A stretch of 64,000 nucleotides of DNA from Selaginella moellendorffii (lineage: Eukaryota; Plantae; Lycopodiophyta): positions 2,349,048 through 2,413,047 of the forward strand of contig NW_003314270.1 of the NCBI RefSeq assembly GCF_000143415.4, written 5' to 3'. Of this stretch, positions 1 through 10,471 are shown piece by piece. The position numbers and the translations under genes were made by a program. Within the stretch, counting starts at the first letter, position 1. Each line of letters begins with the position of its first letter. Below the pieces are notes generated by a model. It was not told the DNA's origin. It did no database searches and saw only the letters and a list, made by a program, of their open reading frames with translations.

Positions 1-1547
1 TTGAATGCAATCGAAAACATCCGGTCCACTGCCCAGCTTCTTTCTCAAATCTAAGACTGCTCGAAGTAACCTGCTCAAGAAAGTCTTCGCATTTTTTTTT
101 TCGTGAGAATGGAAACGGAAAGCTTACCCAAATGTCTCTGTAAAAGATAAGTGCTGAAATTTACTTAGGCATGCGGTTCTCACAGGCACTGAAATGCTGA
201 ACATAGAGAAGGTAACACAAAGTTAAAAAGGACCGTAAGAACTTACACAGTATCTAACGAAGAAAAGCAAACAATTTTTACAGTAGAACGAAAGCAAGCA
301 CCCAGCAATAGGTACTTTCTCCAGCCCCAGCCTACAGCAGCGATATGTACATTAAGAGCGAGTATCTGTAAGCCATTGATAGTCAGGAAAAAACCGTAAA
401 GAAGAAACGGAAATGTTTTTACCGTTGCTCCAACGCGAAGACCATGCAGAAAAGTATGCTCCTGGTGAGTCAGTAGCAAGCAAACGTTCTCATCCAGCTC
501 CACCATCCTTCCTTCGAATTGTACCCCAGTAACTACACCAACGTAGGAGCCAAAAGTTTTCTTGTCCCGAACCAGATCAGTCCGCAAGCTTCTCGGACGC
601 TCAAGTTCATCCGGTGTTCGGCTGACGAAAGTAGTCCTTGTGGCCGCCAAAATCAGGTGCAAGTCTTTCGGCCCAACGCTGATCATTTTCTTTCTTAGAC
701 CGGTGATGCAAATCCAGCTACCGACGCAATCCAGTAGAACAGGACGCCAGGCAGACAAAGCCCCCGAGAAGAAAACCCGAACCAGCTGACCATCTTCTTC
801 CGCATCTTTCTTCGAGCGTAGACGCTGATGACTACAGTTCCTTAGCTCCACAAGAAAGCCTTTAAGGACCTGTCCATCGCCCTTTTCACCCCCAGCGAAC
901 AAGCTCTTCGCCATGGAAAACGTTGAGCGTGTGCAGGGAAGAGCGAAGGATGGGCTAAAACAATGCAAGCATCCCCGCATCGTGAGCCGAGCCTTTCCAC
1001 CACTTCGTTTCAGAGGTGGCGTCTCCAGCATCTCATTCTTCACGTCGGCCGACGCTGGACTGAGACACAACCGTGGAAAAACCTGAAGTATCGATCCATC
1101 TTGCACGACATGAAGCTCATGGACCTCCAGACAAACGGAGAGAAAATCCTCCCTTGCTTTCTCAGGCTTGAGCTTTCGAATAGAGGGAATGTAGTTGAAA
1201 GACGTGATCACCACTTTGGAACCCAGAGGACACTGATCCACGTTCCTTAGCAAGCAACACCCCACACCTGTATCATCTGCAAGGGCGAAGCTATCCCCAG
1301 AATGCCCAGACGAGGAGTGGCAGCAAAATCCCTCGTTCCAGAGCTGGATCTTGCCTACGATTACCCACGGAACCCTTGAAGCCAGCAGCAGACCCCCTCT
1401 AGGTTCCTCTACTTGTACCTTCTGGCGCTTGGAAACACCGAATGCGGGCGCATCACTACCTGGATCTGCGGCAACTGTGAAGGGACCCGTGAAGCGCTCC
1501 AGGTCACGCAACCGAAGACGAGGGCGGCCTCGCCACTCTTCCTCCAT
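1..1547 (-). CDS. CTC1: CST complex subunit CTC1 (5' portion; continues beyond window start)
   Basis: ORF 243-1547 resembles the plant CTC1 N-terminal OB folds (FALADDTGVGCC..GSKVVITSFNYIP..CLEV; YVGVVTGV..GRMVELDENVCLLLT..LRVGA..NVH..LLGACFRSTVKIVCFS). Hand-called exons 423-1547, 247-365, 128-196, <1-70 with GT-AG introns; the first intron is 57 nt and in frame, so the ORF track reads through it. Confidence 0.85.
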
Positions 1548-1560
1548 AGCTAGGGCTCAT

Positions 1561-1569
1561 AAACCCTAA
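1561..1569 (+). promoter_or_regulatory. Telo-box (AAACCCTAA) just upstream of the CTC1 start
   Basis: Exact motif 14 nt 5' of the ATG; similar motifs at 5516, 10451, 12124, 16704, 19831 and 26635. Confidence 0.45.
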
Positions 1570-1904
1570 ATTTCAAAATTCATGTTGCCGCCTGTTTGGA
1601 GGCTAAGCAAAATTCGCGTAATGCTTTTCTAAAGCCTCAGAGAATTGCTCGTAGCAACAGGTAGAAACCTCGGTGACAAGAAAAGTGCTTCTCCCATTGC
1701 TTCTGCTGCCCGGACTGAATGTTGCAATGCAACATTACTTGGATTACTAATTCTCCTCAAACAGTGAGAAAACGTATGATAATAGACAAGATCTTGCTGG
1801 ATATGCCACTCTTCAATGCTGCGGCTGTCTCCAATAACAGCTCTTCTTGGGATGAATTGCACTTGCTTGTCTCGATGCAAAGATTTTCTATTCTAATCCT
1901 ATGA

Positions 1905-3880
1905 AAACCACAATTTTTAACCAACTATATTAATTTGATATCCATTATAATTATTATATTAATTTAGCTCTGTGTAAATTGTGTGTGTGTGTGTGTGTCT
2001 ATATATATTCCTTATGTGTCCTTATTTTTAAATTTCCAATTTACTCATTATATTATATAAATTAATATAAATATATAAAACTTTAATTCATATTTATATT
2101 TTAAATATAACTATTTTTGCAAACTATAAATGCAAAGAATCAATAAATAACTGAATAATTAAAAATTAAAACATTTAATGGTTATTGGAGATTATAAGGT
2201 TTATATGTTTTTATTATAATTAACAACAACATAAAAAATATTAAGGTTAAAGTTTTTACTAAATATATATATAATATTAAAAATTACCAAATTTTCCTAA
2301 AATGATTTTTTTTTTGTGGTAATACTATAACAAACATTTAGAAAAAATAATTATTTCTCTAGAAATTAAAAATTATAGGACATTTGTTATATGAGTATTT
2401 TTTTTTGAGTAATGCTTAATGCATAATGTGTAATGTGCATAATTAGATAATGCATAAGAGAAATGACATTAAGTAAGTTAATTTAAGCCACAAAAAAACA
2501 TAAAATTAAAATTAAAAAAATACCAAATCTTATAGTATCTTTTAATTTTTTTTTTTTAAATTTTTTAAATTTTTTTTATTACTATAATGTCATAATTTTT
2601 CTAAATTTAGAGTTAGTGACATGCATCATTTATATAAAATTTAAATAATAAATGAGCTTAACATTATGTTCCCATAGGGTATTTGCTATGTGAAACCCTA
2701 AGACTATCTTATGGGAGTAATCCATTTGTGCCTATGAAACTTCAGGGTTATCTTATAAAGAGTTATCAATTTATATACACAAGATATTATTATCAATTTA
2801 GAATGAAGTTGAAAAATTTATTTAAGTAAAAAAATATTCAACAGTTTTAGTAATAATTGATATTATACATTTTCAACTTGTTGTAATTTAAATGGAAATT
2901 TGGACTTAAATATTGTCTATTAATATCTAGTTATATGGAGAATATTTACTATTTTTTTAATGTTTAACTCATTAAAAACTAAAATAATTTATAATTTAAA
3001 TATTATGGGACATTTAGGAATTAAATTTGATAGCTAAATTTATGAATTAAAATTTTGGGCAAACATAAGGACAAAGCTTTTAATATAAAATTGTTGTTGG
3101 AAACTAAAATTTAATGAATTATATCATTATGTGTATTAAATTTTTATGAAATTATTTTATTCATAATTAATAGCTTAGTAATGTGGTTCACCACCCCTCT
3201 TTTATAAAGGATAGTATTGTTTACAAATATGTCAGTACCAATATTTTAGTAATGGCTATTATTGCTTTTAGGTATTTTTTAAAGTAATTTATATTTTTTG
3301 TAAAACGAAAATTTATATATATGTTACATGGAAATTTATAATTGTTTTTAAACCTTTATGAACATAAGCTCAATTTATATAAGGTATGTATTTTTTGTTT
3401 TTTCTTGTTTTTGCTTGGAAATTAAATTTGGGGTTGTGGTTTTTATTACTTTTAGAATATACATATCATGCAATACTAATACTAATTATTTATTTTGAAT
3501 GGTATTCTTTATTTTTGTTACAGGAAATATAAATCTATAGATTTAAATAATTGGGATGATAAAGCACTGTTTTTATTTTTTGACAGCAAATGTTAAGATG
3601 GTGGAAAGTAAGAATTTATGGATGCAACACAATGTTACACATAAGTGGGCCATTGCAATCTCACTCTAGAGCATTTTGACAAACGAAACAATGTCATATT
3701 TAACCAAGAGAAACAAGACCATCCTCTCCGAACCCTCAAACTTGGCTTTATAATCCATTTGTGTGTGGAAAGGCTTTTTCTTATAAAACGAGTTTTTAAC
3801 TGAAAATTGAAGGTGAAAATATGCTAGAACATACTTAGAAAGCTTCTAAAGTGATTATAAGGTGTCCAAACCATAAAATA
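1905..3880. other. Very AT-rich, CpG-depleted intergenic block (probable decayed TE sequence), with (TG)n at ~1980-1997
   Basis: Abrupt compositional shift relative to flanking genes; no ORFs of 60 aa or more. Confidence 0.5.
3570..3770 (+). mobile_element. Degenerate 3' fragment of an L1-type LINE ORF2
   Basis: 3643-3710 translates with a stop and frameshift to KWAIAISL*SI-x-KRNNVIFNQE, resembling the plant LINE C-terminal W-x-I-W-x-x-RN-x-x-IF motif. Confidence 0.35.
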
Positions 3881-3886
3881 GCTTGA

Positions 3887-5456
3887 TCATCCATTGTTAT
3901 TCAAAGTGAAGGTAACGTGGTCCATGCTTAGAGCTACGCTTGCTTTTCCAAATCTCGACTTAGCTGCTTCAAGTTCCTGGCTTCCAGTTCTCTGCCAAAA
4001 TTTTGTCAACATACAGTTGCATTGCAACAAAAATAGACTCACTGAACAGCCGCTCATCACAAGGGACTTGGCATTGATAGCCTTGGCTTGATCCCCAGCG
4101 ATTTCTGGATTGACATGAGAAGTTTTCTTATTTCATGGATTAGAGGGTGGGACACTTACGAGCTCCATGGATGGTATTGTCAATTTCATGAACGAGAACA
4201 TCCACGTCTTTGGCTTTCAAGCACCATGGTACTCTCTCGCTCTTCCGGCTCACCAAAGCTACGTAGAATTCTCAACTTTAGTGGAAGACGCTTAGCGTAG
4301 AGCTTACCAATGGAGTTTCCCGAACTGCAATCCTTTCAAGTGACATCATTAGTTTGCTACCCACTGTGTTTGGGAACATAATAGAAAACTTACGTTCCCG
4401 TTTCCTTGTAGATGAAACCGCAGCTTTGTTTCTTTTGGCACAAAGACCAGGATATCACGTTGAGGTGGTCATCTTCGACGCTGCACAGAGTTAGACAAGG
4501 CTTTCATTACGACGCAAATAACGAAAGGACTTACAGTGGATATGAATCGTTTCCAGAGCACAGCAGATCGTCTCCATAAAGCTCATCTTCGTGCATCAAG
4601 TCTTGAGATTGCTGATTTCCAACTCTCAAGTCCTGAAAAGAAAAAAAACCATATACAAATCAGCATACTGCAACACAAGGTCCTTACATTGTTTAAAAGG
4701 AGTTCATGCACGGTATACTTTGTGGGAACTCTAGCAAAGCAGGCTCGTAGCGTAGCTCTAATGTACTGCCGCAGACCTTGAGGACCATAGATCACCACGG
4801 GTGGGGGTAAAACTCCAGGCGACAATAGACCTGGAAGGATGATAAATCGCAACGGTGAGAAGAATAAAAACGAGAGAAAGAAAGAGCTTCTTACCAGGGA
4901 GTCCAACAATCTGATGGTTCCATTTGGGAGGAAATTTTCGTTGTCAAGGTTCGAGCTAGAACGAAAAAATGAAAAGAACTTCTTTGGATACATTGTTGAT
5001 GTCCATGCTCGTTACAAAAATCGTGCACTGCTTCTCGAGATAAGAGGCACGCTGAAGTTCTCGATAAACATTGTCTCCGCAGTTAAAAATGAAGCATCGT
5101 CCTTCTAAAACAAAGTTCTCGAAAGCCAAGAAAACAAAAAGAGAGAAAAACTCACCATTTTTTACAAGAAGGCACGGTTCGGTTCTTCCAGGGAAGAGAG
5201 AAGTGCCGAGAAATGCGAACTTCGTGCCCTTGTGTTTGCTGTGATCGGACGAAATGTGGAGGAATTTCCCACCTGGGAGCTCGAAAGATTGATCCGTGAC
5301 AATCTCGACCTTGCGCCTCTCGGCTTGACGGATTTTCACGAGATCGTCACTCACTGCAATGCGTATGAGCCTCCGCGTCGATCGAGAGATCACCTTACCG
5401 GATGAAATGCGCTGCGCAATGCCGCTTTTCCTGAGCTTGGATGCCGCCACTCTCAT
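3887..5456 (-). CDS. tRNase Z (RNase Z/BN, metallo-beta-lactamase fold)-like protein with degenerate active site and basic N-terminal extension
   Basis: The spliced product aligns collinearly with short-form RNase Z: FAFLGTS..FIFNCGD..IFVTSMDINNIVGLPGLL..VIYGPQGLRQYI..SCGFIYKE..AKDVDVLVHEID..SHVNPEIAGDQAKAINAKSLVMSGCS..ELEAAKSRFG..*. About 9 exons, including a 16-nt micro-exon (ATTGTTGGACTCCCTG, ~4895-4910). Stop TGA at 3887-3889. Confidence 0.8.
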
Positions 5457-5662
5457 GAATAAAACGAATGGGGAAATGCTAGGGCTCTTGGGTAAAACAT
5501 GCTAGGGTTCTTGGGTAGGGTTTTAGTGTTTGTGGCGTTCTTGACACGATGATGATCGCCTTTGTGGTGACTGCTGGATGAGCATCACACACAGTTTGTA
5601 TCCACTGAGTGTCAGATCGAAACCGGCAGCTCTAGCTGTCGCATTTACCCACACAGAGATGA

Positions 5663-7474
5663 ATGCCACGACCCTTCCTGCGCGAGATCGATGCGTTCGA
5701 GCGCCTGATCAAGTGCTGCAAGAGCCTGAGCGACGCGCGAGCGATTCACGAGCGGCTCCTGCGCAGCCGTGTGGGCGGCGACACGCTGCTCCGAAACCTG
5801 GTGGTGGAGATGTATGGGCGGTGCAAGAGCATCGACGAGGCGCGCAAGGCCTTCGAATCCATCCCGCAGCCCAATGTTTTCTCCTGGAACATGATGATCG
5901 CGGCCTACGCTCACAACAATCTCACGAGCCAAACCAAGAAAATGTTCGACACGTCGCCTGAGAGGAACGCCGTGTCGTGGAACTCGATCCTTGCGGCATT
6001 TGCCAGGAGCGGGCATTTTGCCCAATCGCAAGAAATTTTCTACCAGATGCCCCAGCACACAGTGGTCTCTTTGACAGTGATGATCGTGATCTACGCGGAC
6101 CACTCCCAGCTCCGCGAGGCATCCGATCTTTTCTGGAAAATCCCCGAGCGAGACCTTGCCTGCTGGAATGCAATGGTCGCAGCATTTGCCTCCAGAGGGC
6201 ATCTGGATCAGGCCACAACGCTCTTTGACGAGATGCCCAAGCGCAATGTCATCACCTGGACGGCGATGATCCAGGGCTTCAGCCAGTCCCGTGGCATCGA
6301 TCGCGCCAGAGGGTTCTTCGATCGGATGTCCTACCGGAATCTCTTCTCCTGGAACACGATGCTCGCAGCGCATTCCCAGCTAGGGCAATGCGCCGAGTCG
6401 CGCGAGCTCTTCGATTCCATGGCGGAGCGCAGCATAATCTCCTGGAACACGATCCTCCAGTGCCACATCGACGCGCGCGACCTCGACCAATCACAAGTCG
6501 TCTTCGATCGCCTTCCCCAGCGGGACCTCGTCTCCTGGAACGCGATGATCGCGGCGCATGGCGAAGCCGGGAACGTCCACTTGGCTCTTGCCCTCTTCGC
6601 CCACGTGGCCGAGGCCGCCGACGTGGTGACGTGGACGGCTGTCGTCCAGGGCCACGCGGCGAGCGGCGATTTGCGCCAGGCCCGGGCTCTCTTCGACCGC
6701 ATGATCGAGCGCGACATGGCGTCGTGGAACGCGTTGATATCGTCGTATGCCCAGAACGGGCATCTGAGCGAGGCGAGCTCCTTGTTCCACAAAATGCCGC
6801 AAAACCATTTTCTGGCCGCATTTGCGCTTATGACCGCACACGCGCAATCCGGGAATCTTTCCCGCGCACGTGCCGTATTCGATTCCATCCCCGACCCAGA
6901 TTCCGCGGCATGGACAGGAATAACTTCCGCATATGCCGAGTCCGGGGATCTTTCTGCCGCGAGAGCCCTTTTCGAGCGAATGCCTGAGAGGAATCTCGCG
7001 GCGTGGAACGCGATGATTGGAGCATACTCGAGAAACGGCCTAGGGCAAGAGGCCCTCGCGCTGTTCGACTCAATGCGGCTGCACGGCGAGAGGCCAGACG
7101 ATATCACGTTCGTGGAGGTGATCAACGCGTGCAGCCATTTAGGGCTGGTGGATCGAGGCTGCGAGGCGGTGAGGCTGATGAACCACGACTATCACGGCCA
7201 GATGCCCACCAGGGACCATTTTTGCTGTACGGTCGACTTGCTAGCCAGGGCTGGCCGTGTGTACGACGCCGAGGAGCTGCTACACACAATGCCGTACTTG
7301 CCGGACAGTGTGGCGCTCAATACACTGTTGAGCGGGTGTAAGATGCATGGTTACGTGGAGGCCGGGAGGAGGGTGGCCATGCACGCGTGTAGCGTCGGCA
7401 CTACCACCGCTAACAATGGAGCGGCTCCTTTTGTCTTGCTCTTCAACATGGTTGCGGCAATTGAGGATTCGTAG
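5663..7474 (+). CDS. PLS-class pentatricopeptide repeat protein (tandem ~31-aa S-type motifs, truncated E domain, no DYW)
   Basis: Intronless 603-aa ORF with repeated ..FDxMPxRxxxSWNxMIxAY..G.. units, then PDDITFVEVINACSHLG, HFCCTVDLLARAG, LLSGCKMHG and FVLLFNM*. Confidence 0.95.
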   Translation: MPRPFLREIDAFERLIKCCKSLSDARAIHERLLRSRVGGDTLLRNLVVEMYGRCKSIDEARKAFESIPQPNVFSWNMMIAAYAHNNLTSQTKKMFDTSPERNAVSWNSILAAFARSGHFAQSQEIFYQMPQHTVVSLTVMIVIYADHSQLREASDLFWKIPERDLACWNAMVAAFASRGHLDQATTLFDEMPKRNVITWTAMIQGFSQSRGIDRARGFFDRMSYRNLFSWNTMLAAHSQLGQCAESRELFDSMAERSIISWNTILQCHIDARDLDQSQVVFDRLPQRDLVSWNAMIAAHGEAGNVHLALALFAHVAEAADVVTWTAVVQGHAASGDLRQARALFDRMIERDMASWNALISSYAQNGHLSEASSLFHKMPQNHFLAAFALMTAHAQSGNLSRARAVFDSIPDPDSAAWTGITSAYAESGDLSAARALFERMPERNLAAWNAMIGAYSRNGLGQEALALFDSMRLHGERPDDITFVEVINACSHLGLVDRGCEAVRLMNHDYHGQMPTRDHFCCTVDLLARAGRVYDAEELLHTMPYLPDSVALNTLLSGCKMHGYVEAGRRVAMHACSVGTTTANNGAAPFVLLFNMVAAIEDS

Positions 7475-7532
7475 CAAAACGTTCTATCCCTTTTGATCTA
7501 TCTAGGGAGCGAAACAACGTACCCGGGAAAGC

Positions 7533-8929
7533 TTAGAAGTTGCTAAAGTCGAAATGGCAGTGATCGAATGCGTCGTAGGGCTCGATGTAGCGGCCCTGGA
7601 GGAAGGACGATGCGATGATCTTGGTGAACGCCTCGGTGGGATGGACGCCGTCCCAGTTGGCAGCCGCGGCGGGGTTGGGGCAGGACGGCGGCGTGAAAGG
7701 CAGGCCATTGACGACGCTGTTGGATCCACACTGCGACGAGACGTTGAAGTTGTAGCGGCCCCCGGTGCCGCAGCAAGCGTGGATCACGTCCTCCATCCCT
7801 GAGTGTCCAGAAGTTTTGTAAAAAGTGACTTAAGCGAGGAAACGTTTTTACCGTAGTTTTGTGGATCGCGTAGGATGTCTCCGGTGATCCGGTAGTAGTC
7901 TGCGTAGACGAAGAGCCCGTCTGGATGGACGTTTCGCAGCCGATTCACTGCGTCCATGAGCACATCGTTGTGCGCTTCCAGGACCGCGTTGTATGGGGTA
8001 AAGCAGCCGGCGGAGTCGTAGTCCTCCGGATTTGTGTCGACGTGATTGAAGAAGGTTAGCAGCTCCGGCGTGCAACCGACTGGAGGTACGTTGACGATGA
8101 GAAAATTCCTGGCCGATTCCGCATAGAGATCCTGGAGGAAATGCCGGTAAAAGTTTTTAAACAACGAACCCAAAGAACCCAAGAAAGGATAGATAGACAA
8201 TGTACCTCGATTCTTTTACCGATTTCATCCACCACGACCGGCACCGCATCGAAGAGCTGATCGATCGTCATGTTGTAGACGAAGAGGCGAGCGTTGTAAT
8301 CGTTGCCCCCAATGAAGACCACGTAGAGCGCCTTGCTGAAGGAGTTGAGATCCGGCAAGAGGGCGGTGTTTACCGGATTGCTGCGCGCGTCCTGGACCTC
8401 GACCTTGAATTTCTTGAGCCAGTAGCCCTGGACGCCCAGCGTGTGAGGGACGAGGAATGTGATGTCGGTGGCCGTAGCTCCAGAGGTCGCGAAATTTACC
8501 CCGTGCTGGAAGCTGGATCCGACCGCTTGCACATACGGGGACAAGAATGGCAATCCCAGCGCCTCCGCTGCGAAAGATCGACATGCATTCACGGATTTCA
8601 ACCAAGAAGCGCAGAATTTCGTCTAAGAACCAAGCTTTACCTATGAAATCAATCATCAGCCTCCCGTCGGAGAAGCGATCGCGCGGCCGGCCGAAGAACG
8701 TCCTCCCGTATGGGGAATGGCTGGCTCTGTTCTGCTCGAATGGGAAGATCCGCTGCGCATTGCCTGTATCCGTGAGAGAATCGCCGAAAGAGAAGAGCAG
8801 CGGGAAGCATTTCGATGACGAATTCCTGCCGTCTTGCGAATGCCTGCTGCTGGCGCTGGCGCCGATCGATGCCTGCGGGAAAAGAAATAATGCCGCTAGG
8901 ATTCCGATGAGCGCCGAGCGCATCGCCAT
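7533..8929 (-). CDS. GDSL/SGNH esterase-lipase (secreted)
   Basis: Signal peptide; FSFGDSLTDTGN, RFSDGRLMIDF, GVNFATSGA, IGGNDY, WDGVHPT. Exons 8641-8929, 8206-8567, 7852-8131, 7533-7798. Confidence 0.95.
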
Positions 8930-9142
8930 CGATCGAGCGAGGCGCGTTCTTGATTCATCAAACGAGGAAAACCATAGCCGTAATATCTAACAGAATATGC
9001 ACAAAACCTGTCAGAATATCTTCTAGGCATATTTCACGCCGACGAAAGGGATATTCTGGCCGTGATTACATTAATCATAGACGCTAAACAAAACTTCCAA
9101 AATTCTTTGAATGAAAGCTCTCTCTTGCTTGTTCGAAAGCTT

Positions 9143-10269
9143 TCACTTCTTAAGAGGTTTTGCCGGCGACGCCGCTGGAGCAGTGCTGGGCCTTACTTTG
9201 GAGAATTCGTCCTTGTTAAAAACTTCGCCCGCTCGATCTTTGGCCTCGTACAAAAACTCTGTCAATGCTGCGTGCGTCCGGAGCTTATACGTTGCGTGAT
9301 CTTGGCGAGCCTGTGTGACAAGGAACAAGAAAACGAGAGAAAAGGCTTTAAAAAACTTTCCTCGCACGGAGTTTTACCTGGTGAACTTTGAAGAAGTTGT
9401 CTTTAACTTCTTCCTTCTTGAATGGCTGGTGTCCTATCGTGATCTTGTCAGGTTTCTGGAAGAACAGTGGCATGAGAAAAACAAAGATCAAAGCAAAAGC
9501 TCTCAACTAGTTGTTTCGGGATGAATCTGCCATCGATGACATCTTCGTTGTAGTGACCGCCGGGAGAGAGTAACTGAGGACCAAGAGCGCAGCGAGGAGG
9601 TATGATGTTATCTTTAGGCCCGAGTTTTCCAGTGATCACACTTCTCTGAGGAACTAAAGCCAAAAACAAAAAGAAGAAGAAAAAGAAAAGGTTGATCTCG
9701 TGAACGAATTCATGAATCACGATTTTACCAGGATGATGATGGGGACCAGGTATGATTTTCTTGCATCGTATTCTTTTCGGAGGAGTTATGTCCCGAATGC
9801 GGCACTGGAAAAGTAAGAAAAGAACACGCAGTTGTTCATTGAAAATCAAGTTTCCTGGATCGAAATGCTTACCCCGCTTCTGATAACACTGTCGTGATGG
9901 CCAGCTTCAATGTATCTTTTGACAGCATGGTGGATTGCAAAGCGCTTCTTAATGTCCGGAATGTGCACTGCGAAATCGAAATCAAAGTTAGAATTCGAGA
10001 AAAGCAAACATTACACCAAAGACGAACTGGACATCAAAGCAAACAAAAGACTTACATCCAAAAGGAATGTATTGCATCGTAGTGCAGGCATTTGGATCGA
10101 AGAACTGAAGCTCGACAGACCCACAAAGTCAGTGAAGTTTGCCCCATTTTATGGTTTCTTAGTTTTGCTGTGACGAGATCGAGTTTTTAACATTAACCTT
10201 TCGCGACCGAGCTAATTGACACAAGAACAAAAGAATACTCACAGTCGATCGCCTCTTGTGCTGCGCCAT
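9143..10269 (-). CDS. Hypothetical basic, Pro-rich protein (~245 aa, 7 exons), no family recognised
   Basis: GT-AG exons join in consistent phase: MAQHKRRST|FFDPNACTTMQYIPFG|LHIPDIKKRF..RSG|CRIRDITPP..|VPQRSV..KQL|KPDKIT..VHQ|ARQDH..RPSTAPAASPAKPLKK*. Alternative start at 10077. Confidence 0.6.
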
Positions 10270-10471
10270 CGCCGACCTCTTGATAGATTCGATCAATCTC
10301 TCGCAAGCGTTTCAGCGCAAGCGTTTCAAACCCTGATGGGGCTTTCGCTTTTGCCCTTTCAACAGATCAGCAAGAAAACCTTACATCCAACGGCCATATT
10401 AGCGCCGCGTGGCAAGTCTTTTGAAATTTGGCGGGAAAGTATCTTCTAGGTTAGGGTTCTTCGTCCTCGCC

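Noticed and set aside
1629-1904. Short ORFs upstream of CTC1
   Set aside because: No recognisable family or supporting exon structure; possibly a gene remnant cut by the AT-rich block.
5578-8990. Many long overlapping or antisense ORFs over the PPR and GDSL genes (also over the ARM gene, 21673-22980)
   Set aside because: Expected shadows of GC-rich coding sequence; no recognisable motifs.
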